A stretch of 63,519 nt of DNA, the filler included, from Octopus bimaculoides (lineage: Eukaryota), in NCBI RefSeq assembly GCF_001194135.2. It is 9 parts of 9 records of this genome, joined end to end, with 100 filler letters (N's around TTAATTAATTAA, not from the genome) between each part and the next. Parts side by side here need not be neighbours in the genome. Positions count along the whole stretch, not along the records: positions 46,662 to 59,189 come from NC_068996.1; positions 59,290 to 61,240 come from NW_026375192.1; positions 61,341 to 63,519 come from NW_026307834.1; 6 more parts are not named here. One strand, 5' to 3'. The translations under genes were made by a program, and so were the position numbers. This document shows, piece after piece, positions 53,174 through 63,519 of this stretch (position 1 is its first letter; each line of letters opens with the position of its first letter). Under the pieces are notes generated by a model. That model was not told the DNA's origin. It did not search any database and saw only the letters and a list, made by a program, of their open reading frames with translations.

Positions 53174-53929
53174 AGGTAACTCTTTGCAAAGTAACTTTCA
53201 GGAATTGATTGCTTCTCTTACATCCAGTGCGATTAATCTGCGACTCAAATGATATAAGTAGGTTGTATTAAATACATAAACCGACGTAGACTTCAAATTG
53301 CGTTGTCAAAGTGGTATCAACGATAGCCTGCTCCCGTAGTACCATAGGTAGCAATTTGTTGGAATAAAAACCGTTTGGAACACACTATGCTAAAATATGT
53401 TAAATCCTGATCAACTATTCAACTATTTTCTTTTAACTTCAGTATCCAAATCTTCCTTCTAAGCATAGACAAAGCCCATGCAAGTATTCTTCAGTTATTG
53501 ATTATAACCCGAAATATGGCATGTACATTAACCTACTAATTTATGGTGTCTAAGAACCAACCACGTTAGTTAGAGACCGTACCCTTAATGTGACCTTGCA
53601 TGCCTGGATGCCATATGCAGAATTGTTTTCGTTTGGGAGCTGAGTTGTCCTCACAATGGTCGCACGCTGTTTACGCGAAGGAGTGTACGGTTGGGCCACA
53701 ACTATTGATTTCAAGCCAAAATATCGCATGACAGTGTTGTTTTCAAGCGCTTCCTTGCCAATCCCCCCCACCTTACCCCGTCATGTAAATTTCTCTCATG
53801 TGGTGCTATTGAGCGCGCCCACAGGCTTAATTTATCACACAATACTAACCTCTCACACAGCACCAACCACTGCTATTATAACCCAGTGCACAACCACACA
53901 CCATTGCTGTAATTAACCCACAAACTCAA

Positions 53930-55350
53930 CTCAATAATAATGCCAAATGTACAAGGTCTTTCACACTTCACAAATCGAACAAAAGTATCATATTTTAGAG
54001 ACCTTGTCCAGCGAGAAAAACAATATGTGTAACACTAAGTGAAGCGCACCTGACCCCAGATTTATTGGATGCAGAAGTACATATGTCAGGTTATGTACTA
54101 CTCAGAACTGACTTCAGAATATGGTGAAATAGCTATCTTCATCCAAGAAGACCTGGCGACAAATGTCCACCTCTCTCACTCTAACACAGTGTGCAATACA
54201 CTAATAATACATGTGATTAGCCTGAATTTGATCATAGGCATTACCTGTTGTCTTCCTGATGCAACTAACTACGAGATCATTTCAAAGATGCTTTGTCGCT
54301 CATAAGTCAAACGTCAAATGAGGCCAGTCCACAGGCCAATGTACTTTTAGCAGGGGACTTTAATTTTCCTAGTCTCAGCTAACTTGAGGGCTACATCCAG
54401 CCTGGAATTAAACAACTGAACAGGAGAGATATGAATGTTCTTCTCGACACCATTTAAGACTTACTCATACAACAAATCATTACCTATCTAACTAGGGGAA
54501 ATAACATACCCGCCCTAGTTTTTACCACAATATTCAGGTCATTCCCACAGCTATTTTCGATCACAACATTATACAATTATCTGTATATGGTTCAAAGAGG
54601 GTAACACGCACAAATAATATCAAATATGACTCACTCCCCATGAACTTGAACTTCAAGAAGGCCAAGGGGAAGGAAATCGAAACTGAAATCCTTAAACAAA
54701 CTGGTCTCAGCATATTAGCTCCTCAATGTTAACGAGGGAATGAAGTTTCTGTATGAAGAGTTAATCAGGATCTGTTGAAAGCATGCCCCATATAAATGCA
54801 CCTATTCCCACAAGCACTTGATTCCGAGAAATAGACGGACACTAATGTGTCATAGAACCAAACCAACAAACCAACTAAAAAAACCAAACTCTTTCAGCGG
54901 ATGTGATTGAGAAAGTATCAGTTTGGTCTCCCAGCCATACTGCTAAAAATGTGCAAAAGCAGCCCCGTGAAAACATTATATATACTATTTCAAAAGTCGT
55001 TAGAAACCGGCGAATTTCCAGAACTATTGAGAGACACAGTAGTAATACCTATACAAAAAGGAGGGTAGCAGGGTTGAAGCTAAATATTACAGACCTGTTT
55101 CTCTCAAATCTCACATGTCTAAAATTATCAACGCATTGTTTGAAATAGAATTAGTGCATAGTTTTTGGACTGGACAAAGTTGCCTTTCACAACTATTAAT
55201 AACGCCATAACACAATTCTTGAGAGGAAAGGACACTGATTGTATATACCTTGATTTTTCAGGCGTTCGACAAGATTGTTCATGGAATCATCTGCCATAAG
55301 TTCAGGAATCTTGGTATCACAGGAAGCTCAACTGAAACATTAAACATGTT
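53930..55350 (+). mobile_element. Degenerate CR1-group LINE (APE endonuclease and RT remnants)
   Basis: LAGDFNFP, PTRGNNI..LVFT, NYRPVSL and DCIYLDF.AFDKIVHG remnants with many frameshifts. Confidence 0.75.
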
Positions 55351-56039
55351 TATTGATATTATATGTGATTGCTCTGGCATGGAACAAGAATCAATTATTC
55401 TTTTCTATTCTAGGTACAATGCCCGAAATTTTGGGGGAGGGGGCCAGTCGATTATATTTACCCCAGTACGCAACTGGTACTTAATTTATCGACCCCCGAA
55501 AGGATTTTAAGAGAGTGGGTTATATATCTTTAGATATACACCTAACTTTCCTATATTAAATTGGAAGAACTGAACGCAGAAACTCCAAACTGATCAACAA
55601 CAACAAATATTTATTGTACGATGGAAAATAAAACAGCTACCAATCGTCCGGTTTTAGAGTAGCCTGAAATGTAGATGTACGGTTCCTCGAGCTGGTGTCG
55701 TTGTAGAGACAACTTGGTTCAACCACACTCAAATGGGAGAGCCTGCTTAGACGTCTTGCTTGGTCGCTGTCTGGCTTGGTAAAAAGACCGACTAATCGCG
55801 GGAACGCTTCGATTTTGAAAACCCACGCATGCGTGGTTAAGGATTCAGCAATGGCGCCTATGCCTTTTGGCGCCAATATGACGTCACTACAGGATGAAAT
55901 GTAAAGTCGACCTCGGCTGAATTTGAACTTAGAACGTAAAGATGGCGTGCGAACGTTTCTGCGCCAGCTCGCCGCCTTGAACAAGAATCAATTATTGCTG
56001 TTATGTTTCTGATAACGAGGATGTCCACAAAGATGTTCT

Positions 56040-56260
56040 CCTGATTACACTTCAGAGACACTAACTCAGGTTATTCTGGATGTTTTTTGTTGCCTAAACA
56101 TTGAGCTGGGCTCAAAATTATGCTGCTTTTGCCTTTGATGGCGCATGTACTATGAGCGGAAACATTTCAAACATACAAAAGAGATCAAAAGATATGTTTC
56201 CTGGTACATATTTTGTATACTGCGGAAACCACTCTCTGGACCTTGTCCTCCAAGAAATTG
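56040..56260 (+). mobile_element. hAT-superfamily transposase fragment (ZMYM1-like)
   Basis: AFAFDGACTMSG...YFVYCGNHSLDLVLQE, containing the DGA..MSG and CxxH motifs. Confidence 0.8.
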
Positions 56261-56267
56261 GATCTAC

Positions 56268-56930
56268 AGGCCAGGTATGGGAGCATGCGCTGTTGCAGTG
56301 CGTTGCTGCATCCTCCGTCTGTCGGTATATTCCCGGGTCCTCCCAGAAAACCCGTCGAGCAGAGTCTCGGTCAGTTCCCATCTCTGCGAGATACCTTTTC
56401 ATCTTCAGTAACTATATGGCATGTGGTCGACCAACACGAGCCGTCAACCTGGTTGGATCCCCGGTAAAGAGAATACGGCAAGGGTCTAACTTGGAAAATC
56501 GAACAACAATTCAGCTGGTACTCCTGAAACATACAAGTAACAGGACACATCCCAGTTACTTGTATGTTGGTTGGATACAAAATCCGACCAATGGCTACAC
56601 ATAATCCAGCGAAGTGTCCTATACCAAAGGAGTTCAAACATCTTCTAAGGTCCCGGACAGTGCCCAAGTCTCGCAACTGTACAAAAAGACAGGGAGAACC
56701 AGAGACCTGAACCTTTCTCCACCTGCACAGATATCGACAGTACCAAATACTGTCCAATGAGTCTACAACTGCACCAGCTCGTCCAAGTCATTTTCGGATT
56801 TCAGACACGCGGCTAATACTGTTACGAACCTCACTGCCGAGATAAGTGAAGCGGCCAACAACTTCGACATTCTCACTCGCAATAGAGACAGACGAGATTG
56901 AGTTCTCCAAGAATCCAACGAAGGACTGGA
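56268..56930 (-). mobile_element. RTE-clade LINE 3' end
   Basis: FRSLVLPVFLYSCETW...RYLAEMGTDRDSARR..EDP...AATHCNSACSHT, with tail GCATGCTCCCATACCTG. Confidence 0.85.
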
Positions 56931-56949
56931 TCTTTATATTTCGTCGAAA

Positions 56950-57890
56950 GGGAGTCATAATTCAAGTTAGCGTCGAACACGATGACTTGCATGTAACTGT
57001 GCTAGACCCAAATGTTAATGCTGCACCATACAATAGATAAACATTTGGAAAGGTATCCTGTACGATACGTAAAGATCCAAAAATATCCAGCAGTGCCATC
57101 ATATTTTGTTTGGAAATGTATACTTTAGCCACAGTAAGTTCAGACAGCAAGGTTGATTTATCGCAATTAACAAAATTGTTCAAAGGTTTTAAAGAATTAA
57201 AGTCCAAAAATGTTTCGGAGATTGGTAGTAGACTTGCCAATGAAGAACATATGTCGTCGTTTTGCTCTGAAAATCTATTATCTAGCTCTCCCAAGCTTTC
57301 ATGGATGATGGTGAAATAAATTTTGCAGTGAAAGATTATCCGGCCATCTTGTGATGGTACCAGGGCTTCAACAACATAATCTGAAAAACGTTGAAATCCG
57401 CTAGCTTTTCGATACATGCGTTCCTCAATAATATTAGACTGACTCATTTGATCTCATTAAATATTAATTTGGCAATCTTAAGAAGCTCAAGGCCATGGTG
57501 TGTATCACAATTGTGACTCTAAAGCTGTTTGCCTACTGGCAATTATATGCAAAAATTTGTTAAGAACAAGGGCTAGAAAAACAAACTTTTTGGAATGAAC
57601 TGGAGGTAAAATTCCAGTTGTCTCAATACGCGTTTTTGAATCTGAAGAATCGGTGTACTCGGTTAGAAATCTTAGAGTGATTTTCTGTTACAGGAGCACT
57701 GACACTGAAATGGTCCGACCACCTATGCTCCATAAAACGTGGCAATTTCAATCCTTTGTAGAGGCTAGCTGTCCTTGACCGTTTAATAAAATCATGAAGA
57801 ATATTAACGGTATCGTAGAACATAGCTAACTCTGGAAACCTGTGTTAACCACGACAAGATGCAATTGATGATTAAGACAATGAACATAGG
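56950..57890 (-). mobile_element. Second hAT transposase fragment including the C-terminal dimerisation domain
   Basis: PYVHCLNHQLHLVVV, LPRFMEHRWS, ELDNRFSE and FPNVYLLYGAALTFGSSTVTCKSSCSTL. Confidence 0.85.
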
Positions 57891-58533
57891 GTATATGTTT
57901 TTCATATATGACGTCAAAGTGGGAGGGAAAACATATGCCATGACGTAAGCTGTTTGGGGAAGAGTGAGAGCAGAGGACCTAGTAAAAGGAACTTAGTACG
58001 TGCCCATCAGGAAAAGGAATTTTGATAACAGTCAGGTTGTCAAGAAAGAAATCAGTCGAAATTAATCACACAACAGAAGTTCTGTTGGCCTTTGGCAGGA
58101 GTATCAATTAGAGAAAGAATGTAGTTTACAGTCATGTTTTGAAATCCACGCTTATATTGTCTTTACTTGTCAATAGGATCTTGTCTCCCGGGCTTCCAAC
58201 TGCCTTCAGGTATCAGTTGCCTGCGTAATGGCTGTCTGATCAGATTAAGCCTGTTTTGTTTTTTAAGCTTCAATTTCATCTGCTATATATTACCAGTTAC
58301 TGGTGTCAACAACAAATCTGATTGGATACATTTATGCTAACATCATTACATCCATGCGTTGTTGTGATCAACTTCTAAAAATTCCTACTTCTTTTCAAAG
58401 AAAGCCATTAATCAGACTTTTACTGATGCCGTTCAAAGAATTTCATGTGCCTCATCATTGGTTAGATTTATTTTAATGATCTTATCAGTCAATTTAAAAA
58501 CAAGTGCTTTGTTGCTTACTAAATTCTTCGGTA

Positions 58534-59037
58534 CTTTTTGGTTATCTCACCCCCATTAAAATATTGGGTTATCTGTTCTTTTGGTTATTTGTTATCTCCC
58601 TCAACTAAAAAAAAATTATTTAATCCTCAATAAAACAAACAAACAAAAAAGTGAAACGATGAAACCTCGTATTGAATCTGATAATATTTTTATAACAAAT
58701 CATAGAAAACTGAAAGGATCTTTTTGGTTTGACTTGCCCGTCAAATCAGAAAGATCCAACTTGAAAAGATTAATAACTATGAAAACTGAAAAGTTAATAA
58801 ATACGAAAACTGAAATAATTAAACATCTAACTGAATCTGATAACATTTTTATAACAAATCATACCGTGCCTATTGAGGAGGCCAAATGTCAATAACGTGT
58901 TGAAGTATTGAATCAAAAGGATCTGACTCTTTTAATCCAGTCTCTTGTCGCCATATAAACTCAATTTTTTTTTTTTTTGAGGAGATAAACTAGTTTATTA
59001 ATGGCAAATTTTTAATGGGGGTGAGATAACCAAAACG
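58534..59037. mobile_element. Non-autonomous DNA transposon (MITE) with about 28-bp TIRs and TA flanks
   Basis: CTTTTTGGTTATCTCACCCCCATTAAAA ... TTTTAATGGGGGTGAGATAACCAAAACG, with an internal 30-bp direct repeat at about 58673 and 58832. Confidence 0.8.
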
Positions 59038-59344
59038 TATCAATTCTTCAAATTGAAAAAAAGAATGCAGGTTCAATTTGAGGCAGAAACCAGCTTCACA
59101 AGAAAAGAAAAAAAATATTTAAGACCATGATGTGAGTAGCGAATTTTCAACAGGAGGATATTTTTGATGACGTGTAATTCGTTCAGTAGNNNNNNNNNNN
59201 NNNNNNNNNNNNNNNNNNNNNNNNNNNNNNNNNTTAATTAATTAANNNNNNNNNNNNNNNNNNNNNNNNNNNNNNNNNNNNNNNNNNNNCACCACCACCA
59301 CCTTGTATGTATGTATGTATGTATGTATGTATGTATGTTTTTTA

Positions 59345-59741
59345 ATACATAGGAAGGCATAGCTACTGACCGTGACAGGTGGAGAAGGATTGTGCATGAG
59401 GGGACAACTACATTTGAGAAATCACGAATTGCACATGAGAAATTAAGGAGGGATGTCAGGAAGGGCATCGCTGTTGCACTTCCAGATGGTAAGGGTCTTC
59501 CTATGACACTGACATGCAGTGTCTGTGCAAGACCGTGCCTCAGTAAAGCTGGGCTTATGAATCATCTTCGTAGTCATAAAGCGAGACCGATGATTGACTA
59601 CCAGGCCGATGGTGATGATGCTACACACCATACTAATCATATCTGTCGGGCATGTGGAAGGGAGTGTGATTCAGCAGGAGGACTTAGACGACACGCAAAG
59701 GTACATGGAGCCCAATTACAGCAACAGCCAGCTATTGCCAG
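59345..59741 (+). mobile_element. RTE (BovB-like) LINE C-terminus with two C2H2 zinc fingers
   Basis: ATDRDRWRRIVHEGTTTFEKSRIAHEKLRR followed by CSVC..CLSKAGLMNHLRSH and CRACGRECDSAGGLRRHAKVH; ends at a gap. Confidence 0.75.
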
Positions 59742-60529
59742 NNNNNNNNNNNNNNNNNNNNNNNNNNNNNNNNNNNNNNNNNNNNNNNNNNNNNNNNNNN
59801 NNNNNNNNNNNNNNNNNNNNNNNNNNNNNNNNNNNNNNNNNNNNNNNNNNNNNNNNNNNNNNNNNNNNNNNNNNNNNNNNNNNNNNNNNNNNNNNNNNNN
59901 NNNNNNNNNNNNNNNNNNNNNNNNNNNNNNNNNNNNNNNNNNNNNNNNNNNNNNNNNNNNNNNNNNNNNNNNNNNNNNNNNNNNNNNNNNNNNNNNNNNN
60001 NNNNNNNNNNNNNNNNNNNNNNNNNNNNNNNNNNNNNNNNNNNNNNNNNNNNNNNNNNNNNNNNNNNNNNNNNNNNNNNNNNNNNNNNNNNNNNNNNNNN
60101 NNNNNNNNNNNNNNNNNNNNNNNNNNNNNNNNNNNNNNNNNNNNNNNNNNNNNNNNNNNNNNNNNNNNNNNNNNNNNNNNNNNNNNNNNNNNNNNNNNNN
60201 NNNNNNNNNNNNNNNNNNNNNNNNNNNNNNNNNNNNNNNNNNNNNNNNNNNNNNNNNNNNNNNNNNNNNNNNNNNNNNNNNNNNNNNNNNNNNNNNNNNN
60301 ATTGGAATTTCAATATCAACAACAGGGTATTTTTGTACATATGTATGTAACCTGGATAAAGTAACTGCAGGTTTCTCAATAGTTCAACGTAGTTATTCTC
60401 TTTTTCACTAATCTTCTGTATGTATGTATGTATGTATGTATGTATGTATGTGCGTGCATGTGTGTGTATGTGTATGTATATACATACATATAAAACTACC
60501 AGTGAAGACCTCAATAAAAAGTAAGCACA

Positions 60530-60850
60530 ACAGACCTGATATAATGATTTGGGACAGAGAAGAGAAACTGCACAGTTGTGGAAATTAGCTACCCAGCGGA
60601 TGTTAACATAAAGCGGAAGATCAGCGAAAAAGAGAACACTTATGCTGAACTATTGAGAAATCTGCAGTTACTCTATCCAGGTTACAAGTTCAGGTTTATA
60701 CTGGTATATGTAACACACTGCTTAAATAACAATCTTGAGAAATTAAGTGTCTCAAAACCAGAAAGGAGAAAGCTAATTCGAAGACTACAGATCCAATCCA
60801 TCACTGGAACTGTAAAAATCTGTAAAACTTCCCAGAAGTTTATCATTTAA
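60530..60850 (+). mobile_element. R4-like LINE REL endonuclease 3' end
   Basis: RPDI.IWDREEKL..VVEISYPAD...EKENTYAELLRNLQLLYPGYKF...ITGTVKICK. An inverted partial copy lies at about 60345-60418. Confidence 0.8.
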
Positions 60851-61554
60851 ATATATATGAGCATGTCTAGATACGCAACTACATGCATAAGAATACATTC
60901 GTAAAACATACAAATCTGCATATACATACATACATATATACATACATACATACATACATGCACATATGCCAAATTTTTTAACGTGTTCTACAACTTGGAA
61001 AGTTTTCTAAAACTTGTCTATTGCGTGGCCGCTCAGACCGCATGAGACTGTGAAGCCATCATCTCCATATACGTTACCGCCAAGCCCACGTGAATAGGAA
61101 AGAAAAATGTAAACTGATTCAGTCCTTCATTCCTATCTCGAATTTCAAAAGTATAGGAAAGTTGGTTATACACCATTAGGTGTACACCTACTTTCCTATA
61201 TTAAATTCTAAATAATAACGGAACGCAGAACTCCGAACTANNNNNNNNNNNNNNNNNNNNNNNNNNNNNNNNNNNNNNNNNNNNTTAATTAATTAANNNN
61301 NNNNNNNNNNNNNNNNNNNNNNNNNNNNNNNNNNNNNNNNTATATACATATATATATATACGTATGTATATATATGTATATATATTTATGTATGTATTGC
61401 CACCCCTCTCTCTCTGGAAAACTCAGCTGCGAATATTTCGTGTATCGTGTCTTTGCCTATATTCCTCGTGCGTTAGTTTTTCGTCTAGTTTCCTGTTTGC
61501 TCTGCTTTCATCTAATTTTTTCTCCTTGTGTATACATACATGAGCGCTACTCAT

Positions 61555-61690
61555 TTTTGCTAGCTGAGTGGACTGGGGCAACGTGAAATGAAGTGTTTTG
61601 CTCAAGAACACAACGCGTCGCCCGGTCTAGGAATCGAAACCACAATCTTACGATCATGGTGCTGACACCCTAACCACTAAACCACTAGCC
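61555..61690 (-). mobile_element. tRNA-derived SINE head (family D)
   Basis: Reverse complement GTGGTTTAGTGGTTAGGGTGTCAGC..GTGGTTTCGATTCC..GTGTTCTTGAGCAAAACACTTCATTTCAC. Related pieces at about 23820-23935(+), 26370-26410(-) and 38220-38350. Confidence 0.7.
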
Positions 61691-61767
61691 TCCATATGTA
61701 TATACATATACCTGTATATATATATATGTATATATGTAAATATATTCCTAAATATATATACCTAAAC

Positions 61768-61802
<35 letters not shown>

Positions 61803-62671
61803 NNNNNNNNNNNNNNNNNNNNNNNNNNNNNNNNNNNNNNNNNNNNNNNNNNNNNNNNNNNNNNNNNNNNNNNNNNNNNNNNNNNNNNNNNNNNNNNNNN
61901 NNNNNNNNNNNNNNNNNNNNNNNNNNNNNNNNNNNNNNNNNNNNNNNNNNNNNNNNNNNNNNNNNNNNNNNNNNNNNNNNNNNNNNNNNNNNNNNNNNNN
62001 NNNNNNNNNNNNNNNNNNNNNNNNNNNNNNNNNNNNNNNNNNNNNNNNNNNNNNNNNNNNNNNNNNNNNNNNNNNNNNNNNNNNNNNNNNNNNNNNNNNN
62101 NNNNNNNNNNNNNNNNNNNNNNNNNNNNNNNNNNNNNNNNNNNNNNNNNNNNNNNNNNNNNNNNNNNNNNNNNNNNNNNNNNNNNNNNNNNNNNNNNNNN
62201 NNNNNNNNNNNNNNNNNNNNNNNNNNNNNNNNNNNNNNNNNNNNNNNNNNNNNNNNNNNNNNNNNNNNNNNNNNNNNNNNNNNNNNNNNNNNNNNNNNNN
62301 NNNNNNNNNNNNNNNNNNNNNNNNNNNNNNNNNNNNNNNNNNNNNNNNNNNNNNNNNNNNNNNNNNNNNNNNNNNNNNNNNNNNNNNNNNNNNNNNNNNN
62401 NNNNNNNNNNNNNNNNNNNNNNNNNNNNNNNNNNNNNNNNNNNNNNNNNNNNNNNNNNNNNNNNNNNNNNNNNNNNNNNNNNNNNNNNNNNNNNNNNNNN
62501 NNNNNNNNNNNNNNNNNNNNNNNNNNNNNNNNNNNNNNNNNNNNNNNNNNNNNNNNNNNNNNNNNNNNNNNNNNNNNNNNNNNNNNNNNNNNNNNNNNNN
62601 NNNNNNNNNNNNNNNNNTGTATGTATATATATATATATATATATAAATATATATATATATATGTATATATA

Positions 62672-62726
<55 letters not shown>

Positions 62727-63519
62727 CATCTATCTATACGCGCAAATATTTATATACTTCTGTGTGTGTGTTTGTGTCTGACACTATATTAAATTTGCAA
62801 GCGCATATTTCTTACCAAGACAAACGCACTGAAACTAACATACATAAATGTACACACATGCGCGTGTATTCACACACACACACACATACACACACACAGA
62901 GGCACACACATATATTGTCTTCATTGGTATCATATTACCATCTTTAAGAAAACTATCAAGTAGCAATTGCTAATCTCTTCATTGCCGTCGCTTTGACATA
63001 TCAAATAGAGATTATATTACAATTTGTTCTTTTTATGATTTCTACTGCTACGAATAGTTATTTGTCACTTGACTTTTAAGAAGGTATTTATTAAATTTTA
63101 TTTGTGTCAATTGCTTTTAGTTAGGTATATTTCATGTTTTATGTTTCTTCGTTTTATTATTTTATTCTGCTTGAATGCTAATCTCCAGATATAGAAAAAA
63201 ATAAAGAGCTCACTCTTCTTTGTTGCTATGTGTATATACATACATACATGCATATATATACATGTGTGTGTGTGTGTGTGTGAGTGTGCATGTGCGCAAT
63301 GCAAAAGAGAGTTAACGATCAAGCGTTTGCTTAAAATATTTTTAGAATCTCCGAGTACAGTCAGCAAGGAAAGAGTGAAATCGAGTCAGCTAATTAGTTT
63401 CGAGAATCATTGAAGCCAACATGTGGACTCTGTTGCTCTTCTGTGGATGTTTGTTGAGAGACAATAGTTATAACAACTGGCTGAAGAGTGTTAGAGCGAT
63501 CAGGCTAGACTCGATATAT

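Noticed and set aside
56040-57890. A single hAT element with an internal inversion
   Set aside because: Both fragments contain their own CxxH motif, so they are separate copies.

Overview
AT-rich, microsatellite- and SINE-saturated animal genomic DNA from a gapped draft assembly. Many N-runs carry a TTAATTAATTAA gap marker. The repeat landscape suggests a coleoid cephalopod such as Octopus (inference). The only recognisable host gene is a minus-strand neuronal calcium sensor-1/frequenin, with two coding exons seen (23159-23248 and 8554-8632); the remaining exons lie outside the window or in gaps. The rest is intronic or intergenic DNA carrying three abundant SINE families, degenerate LINEs (R4-like, RTE, CR1-like), mariner/maT and hAT fragments, MITEs and a rearranged Gypsy element with a nested solo LTR. 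Two items stand out. (1) Minimal type I hammerhead ribozyme motifs of the Penelope type: one lies on the transcribed strand of an NCS-1 intron, and others form the tail of a tRNA-headed SINE that occurs as a head-to-head inverted pair. (2) A parvovirus-like segment with stop-free NS1-like frames (HUH motif, pre-helicase region), a putative TATA/CAGT promoter and an unexplained upstream ORF, bounded by assembly gaps. All coordinates and alignments were read by eye; no searches were run.
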